Of a DNA stretch of 64,000 bases, positions 20,601 through 28,776 are shown piece by piece. The DNA lies in contig JBCCQQ010000008.1 in assembly GCA_039024555.1 (NCBI GenBank), forward strand, positions 64,001-128,000. The letters are read 5' to 3'. The DNA is from Cyanobacteria bacterium P01_D01_bin.156. GTDB taxonomy: Bacteria > Cyanobacteriota > Cyanobacteriia > Phormidesmidales > Phormidesmidaceae. Position 1 is the first letter of the stretch. Every line of letters starts with the position of its first letter. The notes below the pieces were generated by a model, which saw only the letters and a program-made list of their open reading frames with translations, searched no databases and had not been told where the DNA came from. A program made the position numbers and the translations under genes.

Positions 20601-23600
20601 TACCGGCTTACATGATTCCTACCGCCTATGTGCTGTTAGAAGAGTTTCCCCTGACTCCCAATGGCAAGGTGGATCGCAAAGCACTGCCCGAGCCTATTAT
20701 AGAGAGCGGTTCAGCGTCGGCTGTTCCGCTGAAAACAGAAACAGAACAACAGCTTGCGGCCATTTGGTCAGAGGTACTGAACCAGAATGCAATCAGCGCC
20801 AGCGACAACTTTTTTGAGCTGGGTGGGCATTCCTTGCTGGCGGCACGGGTAATGGCTAGACTACAGCCTATTTTTGGTGTTACCGTTCCCCTCAGGGCAT
20901 TATTTGAGTCGTCTTGTCTGTCGGCCCTGGCCAAGGTGATAGACCAAGAACTAGGGCAACAGAATTTTGTGCCGGTACAGCCCATTGCTCGAACACAGCC
21001 ACTACCGCTGTCCTATGCGCAGCAGCGGCAATGGGTACTAGCTCAGCTAGAGCCGGACAGTGCTTTCTACAATATTCCGGCTGCAGTTCGCTTAGAGGGA
21101 GATTTCTCCCTAGAAATATTCAAAGAAAGTTTGGAGATACTTTGCGATCACCATGAAAGCCTACGCACTGGTTTCAAATCGGTAAATGGCGCAGCAGAAC
21201 TATTTATCCTGCCCCAGGTTAAACCCGTAGTTACCTACAGAGAACTTCAAGGCGCTACAAAAGAGACTATTACAAACTATCTTGAAACAGAAATTCAAAA
21301 AGCCTTTGACCTAGAAGCTGCACCACTGATGCGGGTACAGGTGCTCAGAACCGATATCCACACTCATGTGGTGTCTCTGGTGCTGCATCATATTATTGCC
21401 GACGCTTGGTCAGTGGGGCTGCTGATCAAGGAACTAGTGGCCGTTTATGATCAGCTTCAGAAAAAGCAGCCGGTAGCATTAGCACCACTGAGCATTCAGT
21501 ACGTTGACTACGCCACCTGGCAACAGAATCTAGATACGAAGCAACAGCTAAACTACTGGCAACAACAGCTAGCGGATAGCCTGCCGTTACTGCCCCTACC
21601 AACAGACTACCCCCGTCCAGCAACACAACAGTTTTCTGGAAGCAGCCATCAGTTTACCTTCACCGAAGCTCAAACCACTGCCCTTAAAAATCTCAGCCAG
21701 CAACACAGCGCCACCCTATTTATGACACTGCTGGCAGCATTTAAGGTGCTGCTTCATCGCTACAGCGGTGCTAATGATGTGCTGGTGGGCACCCCCATTG
21801 CCCATCGTCCCCAGGCCGAGTTAGAAAACATTCTGGGTATGTTTGTAAACACCCTGGTGTTGCGCAGCGATTTCTCTGAAGAAATCTCCTTCAACCAGCT
21901 ATTAGACCAAGTAAAGGAAACGTCACTGGCCGCTTATGCCAACCAGGATGTGCCATTTGAGCAGGTGATCGATGTCCTGAATATTCCGCGCAACTGGAGT
22001 CATTCACCCCTGTTCCAGGTGATGTTTGTGTGGCAAGCAGCCACGCCAGACAGCCTGGAGATGCAGGGTGCAGATTTAATCTGGTCTCCCATATCCCTGG
22101 AGAGCAATACCACCAAGGTGGATCTGACGCTGATGATGGCAGAGAAAGACGGTTACCTCAGCGGCAGATTTGAGTATCGCCAGGACTTGTTTAAATCTGG
22201 CACTATCGAGGCAATGGCGGAAGCATTCTGTACGTTACTGGATGCCGTTGTTGAATCTCCTACAGCAACTGTTTCAGGGCTGCCGCTATTGCATAAACAT
22301 CAGCAGGAACAGCTAGTCCAGTGGAACCAAACTCACCAAACCTATGGTTCAAATATTTGTCTACATCAGCTGTTTGAAAAACAGGTAAAGCATACCCCCG
22401 AGGCTACTGCATTAGTCGCTGCTGATAAGCGTCTCAGCTATCAGGAGTTAAATGCTCGCTCGAATAAATTAGCAGCCTACTTGATATCCATAGGCATTGG
22501 CCCTGAAGCTCGTGTTGGTGTCTGCCTGGATCGTTCGGAACATCTGATCGTCGCTTTGTTGGGGATTCTCAAAGCGGGAGGAGCCTATGTACCGCTGGAC
22601 CCTGCATACCCCCCAAGTCGTCTGAACTATATTCTTGAAGACGCAGACGTTTCGGTGGTTGTCACTGAGCAACAGTATCACGAGCTTACGGAGAAAGGCT
22701 CGTTTAAGGTTGTCCTAACAAGTTCAGAGGAAATCTCTTATCAGAATACGGATACAATTGTTACTAACGTTCAGCCACACAACCTGGCCTATATTATTTA
22801 CACCAGCGGCAGCACAGGACAGCCTAAGGGTGTGGCCATCGAACATCACAGCCCGGTCGCTTTAGTAAACTGGGCGAAAGAAGTCTTTTCTCCTGACCAG
22901 CTATCCGGCGTATTGGCCGCCACATCTATCTGTTTTGACCTGTCGGTATTTGAGATTTTTGTCACCCTCAGCAGCGGTGGCACCATTATCTTGGCCGACA
23001 ATGTTCTGCAGGTAACTGATATACCCGCTGCCAATGAGATTACCTTAATCAATACGGTGCCCACCGCTATTGCTGAGCTGTTAAGAATCGAAGGTATTCC
23101 TAAGAGTGTCTCGACTATTAATCTTGCTGGAGAACCGATTCCTCCTGTCCTGGTGCAACAGCTGTACGCCGTAGATTCTGTGCAGCAGGTATTTAATCTA
23201 TACGGACCTTCGGAAGACACCACCTATTCCACCTATACGCTGCTGTCCCCCGATGACGCAGTTGTTCCCATCGGTTATCCCATCGCCAATACCCAGACAC
23301 ATGTGTTGGATAAGCATTACAATCCTGTTCCCATCGGCATGACTGGGGAGCTATATCTCGCAGGAGATGGCGTTGCACGGGGGTATTGGAATCGGCCTGA
23401 ATTAACCCAGGATAAATTTGTTACTTCTGACCGGCTCACGGTGGGCAGTACCTACCCTACAGCATACAAAACTGGAGATCTTGTCCGTCATCGGCCCGAT
23501 GGCCAATTGGAATTTCTAGGACGAATCGATTCTCAAGTGAAGCTGCGGGGGTTCCGGATCGAGCTGGGAGAAATTGAGGCAGTGCTATTGCAGCACCCTG

Positions 23601-25531
23601 ATGTGGTTCAGGTAGCGGCCCGTGTGTGGACCGATGAACAGGATAATCGGCGGCTGGTAGCCTATGTAGTGCTATCAGATTTATCGAATAGTGAGGAGTG
23701 GGGAATAGCTATTAAGGGGAGTGAGGGATTGCGATCGCACCTTCAAGCCACCCTCCCCGACTATATGGTGCCAGCTTTCTTTATCCCCTTAGAGAGCCTG
23801 CCCCTGTTACCTAATGGCAAGCTAAATCGCAAGGCTTTACCAACGCCCGTTCTTCCCAAACAGGTCTCAACTGAGACCGTTACCCAAACCGAAACAGAGC
23901 AAAAGCTAGTCTCTATATGGCAAGGGCTACTGCAACAATCTGTCGGTTTACACGACAACTTCTTTGAATTGGGCGGAGACTCTATCCTGGCAATTCAGGC
24001 CATTGCCCGTGCACAGCAAATGGATCTGCACTTTTCTCCTAGAGATTTGTTCCAGTATTCCACTGTTGCTCAGCTAGCAACTATTGCCCAAAAGCATCCC
24101 CAGAGACTGGTATCACAAAAGCCGATTGTAGGGACTATCCCCCTTACCCCTATTCAGCACTGGTTCTTTGAGCAACAGCTAAATCATCCTCACCACTGGA
24201 ACCAGTCGGTGCTACTCAAGGTGCAGCAGCCCCTGGAAACAGAGATTCTTTCCAAGGCACTGGGTCAGCTAATGACTCACCACGATAGTCTCAGAGCTAC
24301 CTTCTACCTAACAGAAACCGGTTGGCAACAGCGCTATGGTGAACCGTCAACAGCCGTTCCAATCGCCATCATTCGCAAACCGGTAGGCGATTCAACCGTA
24401 GAAAAAGAGATTATCAATACGGCCAACGCTGCCCAGGCCAGCTTTAATCTTGCTAAGGGGCCGCTATGGCGAGTGGTTTATTTTGAGCTAGAAACATCGA
24501 CAGAAATAGAACGACGGCTGCTAATTATCTGTCATCATCTCCTGGTGGATGGTATCTCCTGGCGCATTTTGTTAGAAGACTTACAGCGGCTCTACACCCA
24601 GCTAAACCAGACTGGTATGGCTCAACTGCCCTTAAAAACTCTCCCCAATCAGGACTGGGTAAGCCAGCTAGAGAGTAATGATAAATCATCAGAACTTACC
24701 TACTGGAAAACTGTTACTCAATTATCAATACCGCCGCTGCCCCGAGACTTTACCGATGGAACCAATATAATGGCCCTGGCAGATACCGTATCCGTTAACC
24801 TATCAGAAACAGATACCCAGCGATTGCTACAGCAGGTACCTGCTGCATATAACGTCCATATTAATGATTTACTACTAACGGCTTTAGGGCTGGCCCTCGA
24901 ACCTTGGGCTGGCAATCAACTACGCCTTGCCATGGAAGGTCACGGACGCCCTGCTGATGTGGATCTTACCCGCACCGTAGGCTGGTTCACCACGCTGTAT
25001 CCGGTACTTTTGGAAATACCCGAAGGTGATCTCAGTACTACTATTAAGGTTGTCAAAGAGACATTACGAGCAGTACCTGACCAGGGACTGGGCTACGGCA
25101 TTTTACGCTATCTCCAAGCTAACGATAACAATCTTGAAACAGATATTCCCATTCGCTTTAACTACCTGGGGCAAACCGATCAGCTATTCTCAGGTAGCAA
25201 TTTATTTGTTCCTGCCACTGAACCAACTGGAGCATCCCGCAGCCCCCACGACGACCGTGACATGCTAATCGAAATTAACGCCGTTGTTAGCCAAGGGATA
25301 TTAAAGCTGAACTGGACCTATGGCCAAGAAATTCATCATCGGGAGACTATCGAAAATTTAGCCCATAGCTATTTACACCAGCTTAAAGAATTGATTAATC
25401 ACTGCTTGTCTTCCGAAACCGACCAGGGCTATAGCCCAGCAGATTTCCCACAGATGGACTTTGCCCAGGGTGAGCTGGATGATTTATTAAGCAGCCTGGA
25501 TCTAGACGATGGGGGAGGTGTAATGTCATGA
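17633..25531 (+). CDS. NRPS C-A(Gly)-T-C-A(Ala)-T-E
   Basis: C1 HHIVADYWS, A1 DILQLGMIWK (Gly). C2 HHIIADAWS, A2 DLFNNALTYK (Ala). T GGDSI, then E domain HHLLVDGISW and EGHGR, giving D-Ala. Confidence 0.93.
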   Translation: MSATNSPDLKNLSPEQKRELLAKLLKKKAAKQPQRTAQKFPLSFAQQRLWFIDQLQTGQAVYTIPAALRLQGNLNVDILQRCLDEIVTRHEVLRTQFVTEAGAPSQQVQPPTNVNLPVIVLDGASDNLEQQIRPYLKALVELPFDLATGQLLRCQLIRLSATDHVLALGVHHIVADYWSLRVFMKEIALLYQAFSQNQPSPLPALPIQYADYAVWQQQNQQTSQSQLDYWLEKLANPPSILQLPTDHPRPAVQTFHGARHSFALSKPLSDQLSALGQQHQATLFITLLAAFKVLLYRYSGQGDILVGSTVTNRDRTELQNLIGLFVNNLVFRSQIDAQLTFKQLLDQVKRTALDAYAHQEVSFEQVVDALQVERQLSRNALFQVMFILHNTPKASVSLPELNVSALEFTNNASRFDLSLDIYETEARLTGVFEYNTDLFDADTITRLAVHFETLLEGIVAAPNTTVGHLPLLPPSELETLASWNQTKIAIPEVCAHKLVEAQAARTPDASALTVDNKLPERIASQFVAPEKLWTYQQLNQSANRVARFLKTQGAVPGSRIALAFNRSAELVITLLAVLKLGGTYIPLDPTHPTERLRHILQDAHVAMVLTADKAFAEDSLPSETKLLDLKQHTELIEQQSFENLGNTTTAEDLAYIIYTSGSTGKPKGVPIRHRSLVNLLSSMAKSPGITADDALLAVTTVAFDIATLELLLPLTVGARLAIASPDTVCDASRLMSQIANDGITIMQTTPATWRLLLDSGWKGKETLKILCGGEALDPGLAQQLLPCSSELWNMYGPTETTIWSGALHITEEKLTGQTVPIGGAIDNTQFYILDAQHQPVPIGVSGELCIGGAGLSPGYLNRDELTAEKFVLNHFSGEQGSREAEERRNDFRLPTSDFRLYKTGDLARYRPNGTLEYLGRLDHQIKLRGFRIELGDIETALTQHKDIDQAFVVLWKNSSDDPQLVAYCKVWSTAIAKDPQTIRQHLSEQLPAYMIPTAYVLLEEFPLTPNGKVDRKALPEPIIESGSASAVPLKTETEQQLAAIWSEVLNQNAISASDNFFELGGHSLLAARVMARLQPIFGVTVPLRALFESSCLSALAKVIDQELGQQNFVPVQPIARTQPLPLSYAQQRQWVLAQLEPDSAFYNIPAAVRLEGDFSLEIFKESLEILCDHHESLRTGFKSVNGAAELFILPQVKPVVTYRELQGATKETITNYLETEIQKAFDLEAAPLMRVQVLRTDIHTHVVSLVLHHIIADAWSVGLLIKELVAVYDQLQKKQPVALAPLSIQYVDYATWQQNLDTKQQLNYWQQQLADSLPLLPLPTDYPRPATQQFSGSSHQFTFTEAQTTALKNLSQQHSATLFMTLLAAFKVLLHRYSGANDVLVGTPIAHRPQAELENILGMFVNTLVLRSDFSEEISFNQLLDQVKETSLAAYANQDVPFEQVIDVLNIPRNWSHSPLFQVMFVWQAATPDSLEMQGADLIWSPISLESNTTKVDLTLMMAEKDGYLSGRFEYRQDLFKSGTIEAMAEAFCTLLDAVVESPTATVSGLPLLHKHQQEQLVQWNQTHQTYGSNICLHQLFEKQVKHTPEATALVAADKRLSYQELNARSNKLAAYLISIGIGPEARVGVCLDRSEHLIVALLGILKAGGAYVPLDPAYPPSRLNYILEDADVSVVVTEQQYHELTEKGSFKVVLTSSEEISYQNTDTIVTNVQPHNLAYIIYTSGSTGQPKGVAIEHHSPVALVNWAKEVFSPDQLSGVLAATSICFDLSVFEIFVTLSSGGTIILADNVLQVTDIPAANEITLINTVPTAIAELLRIEGIPKSVSTINLAGEPIPPVLVQQLYAVDSVQQVFNLYGPSEDTTYSTYTLLSPDDAVVPIGYPIANTQTHVLDKHYNPVPIGMTGELYLAGDGVARGYWNRPELTQDKFVTSDRLTVGSTYPTAYKTGDLVRHRPDGQLEFLGRIDSQVKLRGFRIELGEIEAVLLQHPDVVQVAARVWTDEQDNRRLVAYVVLSDLSNSEEWGIAIKGSEGLRSHLQATLPDYMVPAFFIPLESLPLLPNGKLNRKALPTPVLPKQVSTETVTQTETEQKLVSIWQGLLQQSVGLHDNFFELGGDSILAIQAIARAQQMDLHFSPRDLFQYSTVAQLATIAQKHPQRLVSQKPIVGTIPLTPIQHWFFEQQLNHPHHWNQSVLLKVQQPLETEILSKALGQLMTHHDSLRATFYLTETGWQQRYGEPSTAVPIAIIRKPVGDSTVEKEIINTANAAQASFNLAKGPLWRVVYFELETSTEIERRLLIICHHLLVDGISWRILLEDLQRLYTQLNQTGMAQLPLKTLPNQDWVSQLESNDKSSELTYWKTVTQLSIPPLPRDFTDGTNIMALADTVSVNLSETDTQRLLQQVPAAYNVHINDLLLTALGLALEPWAGNQLRLAMEGHGRPADVDLTRTVGWFTTLYPVLLEIPEGDLSTTIKVVKETLRAVPDQGLGYGILRYLQANDNNLETDIPIRFNYLGQTDQLFSGSNLFVPATEPTGASRSPHDDRDMLIEINAVVSQGILKLNWTYGQEIHHRETIENLAHSYLHQLKELINHCLSSETDQGYSPADFPQMDFAQGELDDLLSSLDLDDGGGVMS
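20259..20333 (+). repeat. Intragenic composite repeat: 5 CAGGGGAG-type octamers + (GACTTCC)4
   Basis: Octamers at 20259-98 and heptamers at 20300-27, before YKTGD. Confidence 0.95.
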
Positions 25532-28500
25532 ATGCCGTAGCCGCAAAACGCAATTCTATTGAGGATATTTATCCCCTGTCTCCCATGCAGCAAGGGTTGT
25601 TATTTCACACCCTGCTGTCACCTGCAGCTGGGGCCTACGTCCCCCAGGTGGTTGTGTCCTTTTCAGGCAGTCTAGATAGCCAACTGCTGCAACAGGCTTG
25701 GCAAACAATTCTCGAACGCCACAGTATTCTCCGCACTGGCTTCTACTGGGAACAGAGGGACCAACCATTCCAGGTGGTACAGCGTTCTGTAGCGTTACCT
25801 TGGGTAGAGCAGGACTGGTCGAGTTTGTCAGCCACCGAGCAGGCATCCAAGTTGACGGTATTGTTAGAATGCAACCGCAACGAGTCGTTTAATCTCAGTA
25901 AACCACCGTTGATGCGTTTGACTTGGGTGTCCTTGGGTAAAGGAGATTTGGGTGAAGAACGCTATCACCTGATTTGGTGCTATCACCACTTAATTCTAGA
26001 TGGATGGTCTAGCAGTCAATTACTAAAGGAAGTATTCCAGCAGTATTTTATTCTGACGGGTACTCTGCCCTCCTTAACAGCTACACCGGCTAAACCCTAT
26101 GGAGAGTATATCGCCTGGTTAAATCAGCAGGATAAAACCGCTGCCCAAAACTTTTGGGAAACCTATCTCAGCAATTGGCAGGGACCGACAGCATTACCAA
26201 TCCTTCAGACTGAGCGTCCTCAAACAGGATCTCTCGAACAACAGCAGTATGTAATCTCCGCAGAGGCGACCCAAGTGCTGCGAGACTTTATTCAGCGCTA
26301 CAAAATCACATTAAATACCCTAATACAGGGAGCATTGGGTCTACTGCTCAGTCGCTACACCAATAGCCATGATGTTGTTTTTGGAGCTACCTGTGCCGGA
26401 CGTCCGACAGAACTAGCCGGATCGCTATCCATGGTGGGGCTATTTATCAACACGCTGCCTGTGCGAGTTCAAGTTAAGCCTCAAGCAACTGCTGCTAGCT
26501 GGCTACAAGATTTAGTTGCACAGCAAACAGAGACCATTACCTATGAGTATGTCTCCCTGAGAGAACTGCAAGCCTGGAGCAACGATGGCCGTTCTCTATT
26601 TGACTGTTTGTTGGTGTTTGAGAGCTACCCAGTGGCAACAGACATGTTCCAGGGGCAAACGGCCTTTAAGCTGGACGATATTCAGTTTAATGAATGGACC
26701 CATTTTCCCCTAACGTTGCTGGTATCCGAAGGAAAAGAACTGGCGATTACGGCAAAATATCGTTCTGAACAAATCTCACCGGAAGCCATCACCCGACTGC
26801 TAGGACATTTGAATAATGTTCTACTGGGACTGGCTCAACATCCGAAAGGAAATCTACAAGATATCGACCTACTATCGGCGACAGAGAAACAACAGCTAAC
26901 CGAGTGGAATCTTACCCAAGCCAACTACCCGCTAGGGCAGGTACTGCCAAATTTGTTAGCACTGCAGGCAAAGAAATCACCCAGTACTACGGCAGTTATT
27001 TTTGAGGATCAGGCCCTTACTTATCAAGAACTGCATCAAAAAGCCAACCAGTTAGCCCATCACCTCCAAAGCCAAGGCATTGCCTCTGAGCATCGCGTTG
27101 GCATTTATTTCCAGCGTGCTCTAGGTATGACGGTGGCAATTTTGGCGGTAATCAAAGCAGGTGCTGCCTACGTGCCTCTTGACCCAGAATATCCTGCCGC
27201 GCGTCTGCATTGGATGCTAGAGGATGCCGATATAACAGCAGTGATTATAGACAAGCTCCTGAATTTACCACCGTTACCAGACACTGTTGTCACCATTGAT
27301 GTCACAGATGGTTCGCAACAACCTTCTACAGAACCAAAGCATGGGCTAACGCATGAGAACAGCGCCTATAACATTTATACCTCTGGGTCTACAGGCAAGC
27401 CTAAGGGCGTGATTAACACTCATCGGGGATTGGTGAATCGACTGTGCTGGATGCAAGAAGCCTATGGCCTAACTGAGGAGGAACGTATTCTACAAAAAAC
27501 CCCCCTAAGCTTTGATGTGTCGGTATGGGAACTATTCTGGCCATTGCTGAATGGTGCCACTCTGGTTATCGCTAAGCCTGGAGGCCATAGGGACAGCACC
27601 TATCTTGCAAAAACAATCTGTCAGCAGCAGATTACGACAGTCCACTTCGTCCCCAGCATGTTGGCCGCATTCCTAGAAGACCCGGATGTAAGCACCTGCA
27701 CGTCTCTACGTCGGGTAATTTGCAGTGGTGAAGCCCTTTCGCCAGCGCTACAAAAACAGTTCTTTGAAAAGCTACCCAACACAGAACTGCATAATCTCTA
27801 CGGTCCAACCGAGGCCGCCATTGACGTCACTGCCTGGCAATGCCAGCCCGGTGAGGCAACAGTGCCCATCGGTCGGCCCATTGCTAATACTCAAATTCAT
27901 CTATTAGACCAGGACAACAATTCAGTCCCCATCGGTATTCCTGGAGAACTCCACATCGGCGGTGCAGGCGTAGCACGAGGATATTTGAACAGACCAGAAT
28001 TGACAGCAGAGCGATTTATAACGAATCCATTTTTTGAAATTGGAAGTCGAAAGTTGGAAGTTGGAAGCAATACCTCGTCCTCCGCTCTTCGCTCTCCGTC
28101 CTCCGTCCTTTATAAGACCGGCGACCTCGCCCGCTATCGTCCCGACGGTGCCATCGAATACCTAGGACGAAAAGATTTTCAGGTAAAGCTGCGAGGTATG
28201 CGGATCGAGCTAGGAGAAATTGAAGCGGCTCTAAATGACTACCCTGGTGTGCAACAATCTGTTGTGCTGCTGCAGGACGATGTAGCAGGTGGACCAGCAC
28301 TAGTTGCCTACCTGGTGGGTATCGCTGTTGGAGATCTTAAACTAGCACTGACAGCTTTTCTAAAGCAGCGGCTTACTGAGGCCATGATACCCAAGGTATT
28401 CATCTCGATGGAGTCAATGCCCTTAACATCCAATGGCAAATTGGACCGACGAGCGTTACCTCAACCAGAGCAGATGGCCACGGTGGAGAAAGTTTTGCCT

Positions 28501-28776
28501 AGGAATAGGACAGAAACAGATATTGCTGCCATTTGGCAAGACATCTTACAAACTGATGCAATTGGTATCTACGAGAACTTTTTTGAACTGGGGGGCCATT
28601 CCCTAACTGCCACTCGTATGAATACGCGACTGCGAAAACAGTTTGAACTGAATTTGCCGCTCCATAGCGTGTTTGAATATCCCACCATTGAGGTCCTTGC
28701 AGTGCATATTGATGCCCTGCGCATTGCCGCTAAGCCCACCGAGTCACCCACTGGCCATAAGGAGATTGAGCTATGA
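25528..28776 (+). CDS. NRPS C(DCL)-A(Ser)-T
   Basis: DIYPLSPMQQGLLFH and HHLILDGWS. A code DVWHISLIDK (Ser). T GGHSL. C-terminal tail GHKEIEL resembles a docking SLiM. Confidence 0.92.
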   Translation: MNAVAAKRNSIEDIYPLSPMQQGLLFHTLLSPAAGAYVPQVVVSFSGSLDSQLLQQAWQTILERHSILRTGFYWEQRDQPFQVVQRSVALPWVEQDWSSLSATEQASKLTVLLECNRNESFNLSKPPLMRLTWVSLGKGDLGEERYHLIWCYHHLILDGWSSSQLLKEVFQQYFILTGTLPSLTATPAKPYGEYIAWLNQQDKTAAQNFWETYLSNWQGPTALPILQTERPQTGSLEQQQYVISAEATQVLRDFIQRYKITLNTLIQGALGLLLSRYTNSHDVVFGATCAGRPTELAGSLSMVGLFINTLPVRVQVKPQATAASWLQDLVAQQTETITYEYVSLRELQAWSNDGRSLFDCLLVFESYPVATDMFQGQTAFKLDDIQFNEWTHFPLTLLVSEGKELAITAKYRSEQISPEAITRLLGHLNNVLLGLAQHPKGNLQDIDLLSATEKQQLTEWNLTQANYPLGQVLPNLLALQAKKSPSTTAVIFEDQALTYQELHQKANQLAHHLQSQGIASEHRVGIYFQRALGMTVAILAVIKAGAAYVPLDPEYPAARLHWMLEDADITAVIIDKLLNLPPLPDTVVTIDVTDGSQQPSTEPKHGLTHENSAYNIYTSGSTGKPKGVINTHRGLVNRLCWMQEAYGLTEEERILQKTPLSFDVSVWELFWPLLNGATLVIAKPGGHRDSTYLAKTICQQQITTVHFVPSMLAAFLEDPDVSTCTSLRRVICSGEALSPALQKQFFEKLPNTELHNLYGPTEAAIDVTAWQCQPGEATVPIGRPIANTQIHLLDQDNNSVPIGIPGELHIGGAGVARGYLNRPELTAERFITNPFFEIGSRKLEVGSNTSSSALRSPSSVLYKTGDLARYRPDGAIEYLGRKDFQVKLRGMRIELGEIEAALNDYPGVQQSVVLLQDDVAGGPALVAYLVGIAVGDLKLALTAFLKQRLTEAMIPKVFISMESMPLTSNGKLDRRALPQPEQMATVEKVLPRNRTETDIAAIWQDILQTDAIGIYENFFELGGHSLTATRMNTRLRKQFELNLPLHSVFEYPTIEVLAVHIDALRIAAKPTESPTGHKEIEL
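28040..28107 (+). repeat. Intragenic composite repeat: 4 TTGGAAG-type + 4 CTCCGTC-type heptamers
   Basis: Units at 28040-67 and 28080-107, before YKTGD of the Ser A domain. Confidence 0.9.
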
